In this document: positions 26,152 through 49,111 of the stretch, in pieces
Numbering within the stretch: position 1 is the stretch's first letter
How the letters are laid out: each line of letters opens with the position of its first letter
Source: Tubulanus polymorphus
Lineage: Eukaryota; Animalia; Nemertea
Reading direction: 5' to 3'
NCBI RefSeq assembly: GCF_964204645.1
Contig: NC_134030.1
Coordinates: 9,575,222 to 9,639,221 of the forward strand
DNA: 64,000 nt
Notes under the pieces: model-generated
Told to the model about the DNA's origin: nothing
Database searches by the model: none
Seen by the model: the letters and a program-made list of their open reading frames with translations, nothing else
Position numbers and translations under genes: made by a program

Positions 26152-29100
26152 CAGGTCTATTCAGGTCCAGTTTTGGTTAACTTAAATTGGTTATCAGGAA
26201 AATTTGTCTCAGATCTTCAACTTTCTACTGAAGTACGACTATAAGTACGCGATACGAACCTTTTTAGTGAAATTTTCTCGACAATCCGCGACACGACGTA
26301 CGCAGGAACAGTTATAGTATAATTACCACGGCTATTCCTATTATAGGCGAATATGTCCTAATCAATTCTTCTTTCAAATGGGTCACTAATCGAATAAATT
26401 ATTTCTCCAAGCGTCTCACAACTCTCAAGAATAATCCATTCGTTTGATAATAGTTAAGCTCTCTCCTTAAGAGTTATATAGAATAACGTTGCTATGCCCG
26501 CGATATCCACTGTTCTTTTCAGTTTCCAGCCGTGAATGTCAATGCTCGAAAGTTGCTTTGAATTATAAACCACTTCTTACGTTTCCGTTGTTCGTTGAAC
26601 TGCATGAAATTTCTCCCATCGTTTCGAGTGTCGATTGTTTCCGCTACGCGACGTTTCGTCTGCGCAGTTTACTACGAGCAGACGATGGTTATACATCCCG
26701 ACCGAGCGTGCAGCTGTTGCGCGCGCAACTACGCGTGTACGGCTGCATGCCGGTGAAAATTTATGCGAGCAGCGAGTATTCCGGATAAAATAAGTGTAGC
26801 GATGACAACTTTTGGAAAGGTTTTTTCGACTTGACGACTTCAACATGGAAAATAAGAAAACATTTTTTAAATGTCAATACACGATGACGCATAAACAACA
26901 CCGCAATACAGTAGTTATAATATAAATGCTATAATAAATGTTTCTCCATCGAGTTAGTCCGTTGATATATCTGATGAAGCTATACTATGCACTAAAGCGA
27001 ATTTCTAATAAAATCAGTTCACCTTCGCAGTCCAAACGCATTCACGTTTGATGGTCTCCACACTATCCTTTCCTTACCGCGCTTTGAAATCGATGCTATA
27101 ACCTATAACGATGCTATCACCTGCAAATGAATATAGGTGAAAACGGTTTTCGATCCTTTGGTGTTCGCCCCGACAACACGGAGCCCCACGCCGGGAGAAT
27201 AGCGCCTTTAATCGAATATAAGTGAACTCGATTGCGCCTCTTTAGTCGAAGATCTCATTCTCCCACTTCCGCGCACAAAGGTTCCGACGTGAGAAAAATA
27301 GTCGTTCGTTAATGACGTCACGCAGTGATGGTTATCACCTGCAATCATGTCCACAACTGATTCTATTATTTACGAAAACTTACACGTCCTTAATTCCGTT
27401 TTTCACGCACAACGTATATATAGTTATATTAACTGCTTTTGTTAGTTTAAAGTCGTTGTATCATAAGAAAGTTTACGACGCTGTCGAAGAAGAACCAATC
27501 GTATGGTCGTATATACAATGCTTTATAGAGCATTACAACGAGACGATTTTCTGGTATTTTCTCGTCGGGAAGAATTCGCTGTTCCGAACCCCGATTCATA
27601 TTATATATTATTACGAAGTTTCGATCGTATGATAAAGTTAGGTACATAATTTACGGCGTTAGCGTCCTGCCTTTGGGCAAAATACCATCGGACCATTAAA
27701 ACGCGTAGCGCCTATACCCGATTCATATACAGACATTCTTCCTAATGCATGACAGTGAATAATGTACCTATTAATCAGATACAGAATTAACAACGATATT
27801 TTCGATAAATATCGATCGAAACGAATATGATCGTACAGTTTCCATTTCGTAAACGTTGATACGAAAATCGAAAATCGTTTAACGTCGCAAAATCGAAGGG
27901 TACACGGTAATAATACCAGAAGTAAAAATGCCATAAATAGTTCTAAATTAGAGATTAGAAATATGAAATATCGATCTCGCTTTGAGCTATTATAGCTGAT
28001 TCATTATGATATTGTCATTCAATTAATTCTACCACCAAGTAAACTTCCGGTCTCAAAATCTGACCATATTTTGACACTTTAGTTTGTTTATTTAGCAGTA
28101 TCCTAATATAATAATTGCTGGTTTAGCGTCTTACATTCGCTGGTCTGGCGCTCATTAAGTGCCGCAAAAACAATAAGATACTTAATTATTAATTAAGTTA
28201 TCTTATAAACACTTGTCAGACCCGCTACGAACCCAGATTAATATCTTCTATATCTTTTTCTCGTTCACGAATAGTCACTACATTACAAGTTGATATGTGC
28301 ACTTTGAAATGATACGTGCACTTCGTTGATAATGGAATAATGAAAAAAATACGATATCAGCTACCTTAATAGATATGGTCACAATATATGTCCATAACTA
28401 ATTTACAAATTTTACTTACGGATATTTCCACTTTAAGTGTACCACCTCTGGTATACACCCTCTGGTATACAACTGAAGTACTGAACTAACAATATTCGAA
28501 ATAAGACACGATATATAGTGCGACGACGACAACGCACACAGATACCTAACTGGATTATTCGAAAAAGTAGTAGGATTAACGGTTATTATCTGTGTACATT
28601 TCTAAATATTCTCGAGGGGATCATTGCGTAACCGGTGCGGTTTGCAGCGGTATATACTCGAAATCTATTAATATGATATCATGCCGCGTGTGCCGGGGTA
28701 TATGTACGGTATATATATGTTATACGTTAAATCGTAGCTATCATGGATTCCCACGTTCGTTCAATGCCCGCTAATACCGGCCGAGTAATTAATGAAATTG
28801 ATCTACGCAATAGGTGTCGAAATTAATTGCAGGTTGGGGGTGCCTGAGTATGATATGACGATACTCTATAAACTGATTGACCTTCGAAGCGGCTCCCGCC
28901 ACGGACGTATAATGATAAACGTCCATGCTCCCGAAAACGATGGTCTTTTTGATAGGTCAATTTAGCACTATGATATGTTGGTCGTTAAATATGACTTAGA
29001 AGATCACTTCATTTTCGTTTCGTATGAAAAACATAGATCAGTTACCAAAACAAAACTATAGGAAAACTTACCCTCCGAATTCCGTTATTACTTTCTGCTT

Positions 29101-29738
29101 CATAAAAGTGGGGCGATTTGACGATTCCAAATTTTGCAACTGATAACGCCGCGTTTTAAATAGATTGCCGAAAGGAAAGTTTTCCCAGGGTCACAATTCG
29201 AATTGACCACAATCGTTTAAAGCGTATAGCAACTAAGCGGGAAGCTCGTTTAGAATATCCCGCGGAGGGGTACAGTATTAACGGACAATGTCCACGGTTT
29301 GACGTCTTGTTTCGTTCCCATGTTTTACGCTCGCCCGAACTGAAAACGAAGCCCATCGAGTATAGGGTATTAATGCGTCGTGTAAAGCCGGTCTTAATAT
29401 TAGTTTAGTCGACCACGCGTTGTTTTATCCTGGTAAACATTTGGTCATCTATTCACTAGGTTCAACAGATTGCCTTTTACACTCAGTTTGCATGGCGGTC
29501 GGTTTTAAGAATAAATTCGATTCAATCTGCTGGCGCAATTGGCTGCCGTTTACATCATCGTGTTGCGGGGCTACAAAATCACTTACCGAATCACGTAACT
29601 TCGCTCATGGGACGGCATTTCCGCCGAAAAACATCAATACAAATGTATCACAGCATTGCAGTAGTTATAGGTAATAGCCAATTATTCAAACAACAACGAA
29701 AAATATAATGGTGATTTGAATAATGATTGGTAGTCATT

Positions 29739-29780
29739 CCACCTGATGATGGCTGTTAGTCAACAGCCGAAACGTAGTGG
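29739..29780 (+). ncRNA. Minimal type-I hammerhead ribozyme motif (Penelope-like element type)
   Basis: CCAC-CTGATGA-T-GGCTGTT-agtc-AACAGCC-GAAA-CG-TA-GTGG: stem I CCAC/GTGG, 7-bp stem II, palindromic ACGT stem III, GUA cleavage triplet. AATAAA follows about 12 nt later. Confidence 0.75.
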
Positions 29781-30351
29781 TTTCAAAAAGAAATAAATGT
29801 CATCATATAATATTCGAATTGTGGGATTTCTTCGATGATTGGTGATATTCATATATACATTGATCAACTTCGGGTGATATATTTTTCATATTTTTGTCTA
29901 AGCGGGTTGGATTTCTGTGATGATATTCAAACCTCGTTATTTGTTTGTTTCTTGTTTTGTGTTTCTTGTTTCTTGTTAACCTCATTACTGAGTTTCCCCA
30001 CACCCGCGCGAGCGCCGTTAGGTTATCTTGCATGCTGGTCATGTCTTGTGTGGTCACCTAATAAGCTGTACATTATTCCAAGGTTGTTGCCAATATATCA
30101 GCGGCAAAAGTGTAGAATTAACTAAAACGTACGTACAGATGGTGTAGTGTAGGTGCTGGACATCTTTTAGTCGTTACTTTTGATACATTGACTTCGCTAT
30201 TATCATATTTCTTTCAAATTAATTTTCGCATGTAATTGATAAAAACATGTCATTATACATAACTTAATACGTTATGGTTTGATATATCGTATTACGGTTA
30301 TATATACTACGTATATATCCCGCAAATACGTTAAAGAAATTAGAAAAATGT

Positions 30352-30423
30352 TAGCAGAGCGTGGTTTCGATCCACGGACCTCTGGGTTATGGGCCCAGCA
30401 CGCTTCCACTGCGCCACTCTGCT
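30352..30423 (-). tRNA. Initiator tRNA-Met (anticodon CAT)
   Basis: AGCAGAGTGGCGCAGTGGAAGCGTGCTGGGCCCATAACCCAGAGGTCCGTGGATCGAAACCACGCTCTGCTA. It has A1:U72, the GGG/CCC anticodon stem and the GATCGAAA T-loop of eukaryotic initiators. A T5 Pol III terminator lies at 30344-30348. Confidence 0.97.
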
Positions 30424-30689
30424 AGTTGATCGTAGAGGAGTGATCAAAATATTCTCATTACTGTCATAATGCCGCGTGTGAACATTTTGCACCATCTGGT
30501 GGCCATGTGACGAGGTTGACAGACGGACAAAAATCAGTAAATTCCGATGGATCAGACGGTTCGTATTTGAAAACGAACGATAATATATAAAATCCAACAG
30601 TAGTGATACAAAAGTGAAGTCCGAAATGTTTACTTGAGTTAATAGTATATTCAAAATTGAATAAAATATTAACGCCAGGAAACATTTTG

Positions 30690-30743
30690 GATCCACGGAC
30701 CTCTGGGTTATGGGCCCAGCACGCTTACACTGCGCCACTGTGT
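30690..30743 (-). pseudogene. Degenerate/truncated tRNA-iMet copy
   Basis: About 50 nt nearly identical to the neighbouring tRNA (D, anticodon and variable arms). The acceptor stem, the 3' side of the T-arm and the B box are disrupted (GGATCCAAAATG). Confidence 0.8.
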
Positions 30744-31767
30744 TATGTGTGTTATGTTGTGCAGGGGTAATTCCAAATAAAACATTATTCCCGTAATCCC
30801 TCGTGGTGACAGGTTGGGACTTCACATAAAATTCGGTACGGTTATGGTTTTTTTTTTCAAATTGACATACGGTTTCTTGAAAATAGATGATCGTTTTGAT
30901 CAAGAATAATAGGCCACGAGATCTTCTTGCTTAGCGGATGAAATAATTTCCGAAATTGATTACGGTATATTCCACGGAAGGATATTGTATACTTTGCAAG
31001 CGAAGAATTGCATTGTATTCATAATAGCGACTTTGAATTGAAAATTCACCGTTCAATCAGAGTTAATTTAGATAATTCCCTTAGGGATCTCCAATGCGAT
31101 GTTATACCGATCAACTAGTTCAATGAAGACGCGCTGATAAAAAGCAAGCTGATAAATGTATTCTCTATTTCTTGCTTGCTACGATTCGATGTATTTCTAA
31201 AGGCTATCAGAATGCGGTCACCGGGCTGTCAGTTTGTGCCATCTACGAGCAATTATCTGATAATTGCTCGTAGATGCCATCGAAGTTTACGACTTTCCGC
31301 GGCAAAACAATTCTATTGGTATCTACACGAGGAACACGTCTAATACTTTTTTATCGTTTCTGTTGCTGGTATAAGTACATGTGCCATATGCCAACCGAGA
31401 GGATTAGTTCATACAACTGCCACCAGGGGACTGTGGAAGCACCGTATCTTTGTTATCCTAAAAAGATTTTGACCAAACTTGGTACACCAGTACTGTGTAC
31501 GTTGTAGCCCAAATGGATCCACAAATCCAGGACATGCGTTGACTCCTGATGGCTCACCTTCAAAATAGCTGTGAACTGATGAGACTGATTTCGATGAAAT
31601 CTTTTTACGCTTCCTAGTACACGAAATTAAAACCATCAGCAAGGCAGAAACCCGTTATCGTTGCTTTGTGGCTATATTTACTAATTCTTATTTCTTTTCA
31701 GATCTAATTCAAGCGATGATAGAAAACAAAGTAATAAAATTCGAAGTGATTTTTTCCGTATGAATAC

Positions 31768-31773
31768 TTTATT
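31768..31773 (-). terminator. Candidate AATAAA poly(A) signal of the SAMD1-like gene (about 1.1 kb 3'UTR)
   Basis: tttatt on the + strand, at the end of an A/U-rich region downstream of the stop codon. Confidence 0.5.
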
Positions 31774-32880
31774 TGCATAGATAACGCAAACACTAAATTA
31801 CGCGCAAAACACAAATATATAAAGCGAATATAGAGAATAATGCGCATCCACTAGGAGTCGATGCAACTGAGGTACTAATCGAAAATGTAGCCGAACAAAA
31901 CTGCGAAAAAACATAAACACATTCACATATTTTAAATACGTGTACGCTAATCATAAATTGGATTGAAACATCTTTAAAACGTACTATCAACTTTACATTA
32001 ACTTTAATATACAAAAATCTATACATACATCGAGTGCATAAGTAATTAATTTAGAAATCGACACACCATGAAGTTTATATGTACAATTCATTAAGTGTTT
32101 ATTTACAAGTATACATTTTTAATTTCTGTTTGACTTCGTTATAATGCGTCTATTTCTGGCGAAAATTCCTAACTGGCGAATAATATGGAATTGAAATATA
32201 ACCTTTGTTCTTGCTCTTCAAAAAAATACGCCGGTGGCGGAGGAACGTGTTTTCCCCTCGAAGACACAAAAAGGAGGAATGATAAAAACAACGTAACAAA
32301 ACAACTTATCATAAATTAACAAATGCATTGGTCCATCTTCAATGAGAACTTATCGTCGTCAGGGCTAGGGTTAACGAAACACAACCCATATCAGAGCCCT
32401 CTAAAAACAACCACATCCCAGGACTGGGCGAATTTAAAGCCTGTTCATTCCCTTCGCAAGAATTCAAACACGACTAATACTTTGGCGACTCCATCTAGAA
32501 GATGTAATCGATCGGTTTTTGATGATCGCGGATTTTTCTTTTTCAACTTACAAGTTAAGACGATGCGTTTGCGAAACGAAATGCACTAAACACCTTACAT
32601 ATGCTAAACATGAAGGAACTATCTTTTTTCTATATTATACACGTATATCATTTCCTACACATCTCAAACACCTTGCTGACATAGATAAGTAAATTTCTTG
32701 CCTATACTCTAACAGCCAAAGCGACGTTGTAGGAACGTGCTACAACAGTTCCTTTCTACGGACAGGCATCATCTCCTTCAGCCTGTCGTTTTAGACATAC
32801 ATATCTACACATTATCATCTCGGTAATTCCCGTTTGAACTGTCTCTCTAACAGTTATCCGCGCTAACGAAATGATTGACA

Positions 32881-44214
<11,334 letters not shown>

Positions 44215-44260
44215 CACAATACGCACATATCTAATGAGACGCGCTATCGAAATTCACAGA

Positions 44261-44304
44261 GCGCATGCGCATCGATCGAGTTCGTCTGCTAGCTCAAGAT
44301 GGCG
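44261..44304. promoter_or_regulatory. CpG-rich promoter/5'UTR of the SAMD1-like gene with NRF1-type and YY1-type motifs
   Basis: GCGCATGCGC at 44261-44270 and CAAGATGGCG at 44295-44304, just upstream of the first ATG. Confidence 0.5.
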
Positions 44305-46247
44305 ACAACAACAAAACGCACGCAATGCGAAATACCGGCCTCTTAAAGCGCGGCGCATACAATCCGAAGGTATGTTTTGTGCTGGTTGAACGCGTTTCAA
44401 TACGCACAAAAACCTGTTCTATAGTCGGTGAATAGAACACAGCGGATTATACCGGGCGAATTTTTAGCTCAGGTGGACTTAAATACACATGCAGCATTCG
44501 GCGCGCCTTTGAAAGTTCTTTGTCCGCTTATACTCACACTCAACACACACATGCGCGACTTGTTTTATTTATAGGTTTGCGTGTGTAAATCCTCGCCAGC
44601 TTGCTCGAGCCTAACCGTGTAGCCGTGCCGTTAATATCGATTCGAAGGTCCGTCGTAATATGCGACGCCGCGCCGATCTGGATGCGATGGCGAAACACGG
44701 GTTGCGGCGGCGGCGGCGCGCGGATATTTACGAATTATTGATTACGATCGGCAAACGAATATAAACCCGATGAGGGGTGCGCGGAAACAACCGTCTTCCA
44801 GCGTTGTCGATAACGCGAAACGCTTTTCTTTTCGCTGGGACACGGCACAAACTTTCTAATGATGTAAACTATTTAATTATTGAAACAGTCCGTAGAAAAT
44901 CGCCAGTCGAAAATAAAAGGTTTCGTGCTTCTTTTTGGCAATATAAAAATCCAGGGCGGATCTAGTTCAAGGGGGTGCCCTGCGGCCAGAAAGTCTTGAT
45001 TTTCATGCATTAATAAGAGTGTTTTTATAGGCACTGCATGATCGTCTCGTAATGTACCTTGTGCTTCGATGAAAGCGTTGAAAAAATGAAAATGGCGCTT
45101 TTAAACTGTAAAAAGGCTTATTATCAATACGAAGCAAATTTTCCAAGGGGTTGCTTTGGCACCCAAAGCATCACCCCTGGGTTCACCCCTGAAATTATGA
45201 TATGCGAAAATGATCATACATAACCTTGATGAATTGTGACATCCATGAATTCATATTGATCTTTTTGGACTCTTGTCTTGGCGTATTTGATCGAATGCTT
45301 TTGAAGATAAAATTTTACGTTAATCTTATTCCCTAAAAAGTTACTCTGATGTCCGGCTTTCGAACGGGGGATAAGCGGATCGAAAACGACCGTTAGTAGT
45401 TTACTCAAAAATGCACCTAAAGCTTCCTTTTAGTATGAATGGAGATTTTTTTCCCCAACGAGGCGCATGCAAAATGCGAACGAGCTAACTAGGTGAGTCA
45501 GACCAAAGGGAATTCGATTAGTAGGCCTAGCCGGGTGAAGCATAGCTATCGCGTGTGTACGTGTCTACACAATTTGATACCCGAGTTATTCTGATTCGGC
45601 GGCCAGCAGATATTTCACCGACGGATTTACAACGAAAATAGCGGATTCCATAGATCGACACCGACTCATATTTTACATAATTAACGAAGTAATTTGATGC
45701 CCGTTTAAATCACAATGACTCGATAATGCGACCGCGCGCGCGCGCATCTCGCGATCTCTTTAAAACCTGTTGCTAAGGTGATCGCGTTTTCCGACAAATT
45801 TTGTAATTGCAAATGACACTTTCTAACGCTTCTTTTTCTGGGAACTTCATGAATGAAAAATTGTCGCTGAATTTCTCGAGTCAGACGATCATCAGGCCCG
45901 CATTTATCGAGTTTGGGTCGTCTCCGTTTGCGGATTCGGTTACAGTCAGTTACATTTCGGATTTGAAATAAATATGGACGACTCGGGGAACATTACTGGA
46001 AGACCGATATTAATCTCAGCTACGAGCAATCATCTCAACGTTGTTGCTCGTAGATCTCAGTAATCAGAGTTAACATGTAAAAACCCACAATAACCGTCAG
46101 CCAATAGACGCTTTCATATCAACTGCACTTTAAGAACGTAAGGAAAGTTTATTTAAACGACGACAGACGCTAGCGGGTGTTACATTTTTGACGTCACGCG
46201 CAAGCAGCTAACCGTGACCGGCATTAGATGTCCAATGTGATGCGCGT

Positions 46248-46251
46248 GATA

Positions 46252-46342
<91 letters not shown>

Positions 46343-46372
46343 CCTGATGAGTATAGGCTACTACAACACAGC

Positions 46373-46444
<72 letters not shown>

Positions 46445-46459
46445 CTACTACAACACAGC

Positions 46460-46549
<90 letters not shown>

Positions 46550-46581
46550 GCTGTGTTGTAGTAGCCTATACTCATCAGGCA
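46248..46581. repeat. (TA)n array with embedded inverted copies of its flanking sequence
   Basis: TGCCTGATGAGTATAGGCTACTACAACACAGCGG (46341-46374) and a shorter copy (about 46441-46461) are reverse complements of 46548-46581. Confidence 0.9.
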
Positions 46582-48280
46582 AACGAAGGCGCGCGCCTAT
46601 TCTAACGAGATTCTTCGATTATTGACAAAGACTATACGGCGGCTTTTTTCATACAGCCGACAGACGCGTTGGCGCAATAGAGTCGCGGGCGGAATATTTG
46701 TCCACGTCAAAATTTCGACAACGCTTTTCGAACCGAATCTCGCGTCGGAACAACAACGCTGTCACGTCATCGCTGTGACGCAAACGTAGAGAAGGACGTC
46801 GCCGACAACGAGATTTTTCTCATCGATCGTCACCGCATCCGCTGGCGTGTAATGGGATACGCGGCGCGGTTATGTCGTTGATGTGTTGCCATAGTGGTGT
46901 ATTCCTAATTCATGTGTATAAAGTACCAGGCCGTAAAACCATCGGCCTCAATTCGCTCGGAAATACGCCGTTCGAGTAGGCACGTACTACAAACCGTAGA
47001 GTCCACGCTCGCGCTCGTCACACGGATTGTTACGATGCGTCATATCGGCCGTCATTTAAGAGTCAACAATGACTTTCTACTTCGGTTAACTTCTTGCGCT
47101 TGACGTACGATATGACGGCGGTGCATTATGTATACGGGCTATTCATGTGACACAACCGCGCGTCGTATTTTGATCAAACTCAGAAACTGCAATAAAATGT
47201 TACAATATTCAGCCATCGTGCTCACTAGTTCTATAGTCTACTTACTCTACCCACCTGCTATTGTAGGTCAGATCAAAATAATTTCAAATCCCCGTGTTTG
47301 TTACTGTATATCATTCTTATGTTATTTTGGTTTCTCTGAAACTATCCGCGAAAACTATCAGAGAAAAATTGTTGAATCATCAACTGTGGGTTTATACTTA
47401 TCAACTCTAAACACCGAGATTGATATCAGTCTACCGGTTTTGTTACTGTATTCACATTCCCTCGACCTTTTGTACCCGTGAACTCATGTGGAATTTATTT
47501 AGGAAGTTAGATGCGAATTTATCTTTTTCAAATTTCGTCTTCGAATTCCGGATTAGAAAGGAAAGTTAGGAATGACGATATACAGACAACCCCAGATATA
47601 CCGCCCTCCCATTTACCGCGACCCCGTCTATACCGTCAGGTTTTCTCAAAGTACATCTCCATACAAATACATAGTAAAACACCCCCGATATACCGCCATA
47701 CTCTCTATACCTTGAAATAACAGGACTCAAATTGCAATGGATTTTCGCAAAGTTTTGTATTTATTACATCATTAAATAACATTTCGTTTATCAAAAATAT
47801 CAACTTTCTGGATGATAAACTCTCACGTATAAGATATTTGATTTTATTCGGCAAAGTATTACATTACTTGTATGACATTCACATACATAATGACAGTATA
47901 TGAAAGACGGCTGAATAATACACGAAATTAAAGGTGTCGTTACTCGTCATGAAGAAACCGTTTTCTTTCACTAAACATCCTAATTAGGTTTTTCCCTTAT
48001 AAATATAAGGAATTGCCAATCAATAGCGACAGCAGTGCGCGAATTTCTTTAATTACATCATAACTCGATTGAATACTTTTCATATTGAAATATGCCTTGT
48101 CCTAAAGCTCGTGTTCGTAGCGTTAGCCGATGATGCGTGATACATGTTCGACGGTGTTCGCGCTCCGACGCGAGATACACTCGAGCGTGGTCGCGAAACG
48201 CCCGATTGCGGTCGTAGGCATCGATTTTTCGGGCCTGAAAATACGATTTAAGCATTACATTTCGAGGAAGGCTGATTCTT

Positions 48281-48524
48281 ATCATATGGTGGCTGATTCA
48301 GGCCACGCTGAGATATTTTTCAAGCACGAGAAATCTAAAAAAGATTCATTAAAGATTTTATAGCGAGAACAAAACATTTCGGGCGAGAAAACAAAATTTG
48401 TGTTTTGTCGCGCTAAATATTTGTTTTCTCGCGCTAAACATTAGTTTTCTCGCTATCAAATTTGTTTTCCGAATTTTCGTGTTCGAAAAAATCACGGGGT
48501 GGCCCGAATTAGCCACCATATGAT
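48281..48524. mobile_element. MITE with long TIRs in the probable CNBD2-like 3'UTR
   Basis: atcatatggtggctgattcaggccac... / ...gtggcccgaattagccaccatatgat. Confidence 0.65.
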
Positions 48525-48688
48525 TCCGAATCCGAAATGGGTATTTTAATCTAGGCCACTTCGCCTTCATTTTACGAATTCTTTGGATAGTAACTCAAAC
48601 TTAACGAAAGTAATCTTTATATCGATTCAAACGTCTTGTTTTGCGGCGTATTTGGAAAATAATTGATATGATATTTTTTATTGAAATT

Positions 48689-49111
48689 CTATATAACTAA
48701 TACGGACTTCTTCATACCTTTCGAAGACGGTGGTCGACTATTGTTTGCGGCTGGTTGCTCATAGGCTACTTTGGGCATCGGGTTTCGGATAGAGCCGATG
48801 CAATCGGTACCGCGTTTGAAATAGTTCTTAATGCGTCGGTTGGCCACGTCTGCGTCCGGCTCGGTGGTCCGGCGCAGCTGGCGACGCTGCAGCTCGACCA
48901 TGTCCTGCCGAAACAGATTCCAGACGTTGTTGCGTAAAAACTTGCTGCACAACTCGACGTCGGTCGGGTAGAACTTCTCGAGTTTTTTCACTTTCTCTTT
49001 CGTCGCCTCATCGCTCAGGGCAATGAACTTGGACATGGGGACGCGGATGACTTCAGCTCCTTTGCTCACCAGTGAGAAATGTGTGCCGTGCGACATCAAC
49101 GACGATATTCC
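48689..49111 (-). CDS. CNBD2: CNBD2-like terminal exon
   Basis: gattag|GISSLMSHGTHFSLVSKGAEVIRVP...FYPTDVELCSKFLRNNVWNLFRQDMV...*. Confidence 0.88.
   Translation of the reverse strand, partial: GISSLMSHGTHFSLVSKGAEVIRVPMSKFIALSDEATKEKVKKLEKFYPTDVELCSKFLRNNVWNLFRQDMVELQRRQLRRTTEPDADVANRRIKNYFKRGTDCIGSIRNPMPKVAYEQPAANNSRPPSSKGMKKSVLVI

Noticed and set aside
30340-30903. 187-aa ORF with an internal repeat
   Set aside because: The repeat is the tRNA-iMet and its degenerate copy read as codons
45860-45900. Minus-strand CTGATGA...GAAA; similar cases at about 22141-22175 and 61330-61375
   Set aside because: Stem I and/or stem II cannot pair properly
46343-46374. CTGATGA as a hammerhead core
   Set aside because: No stem II-GAAA follows; it is part of a plain inverted repeat
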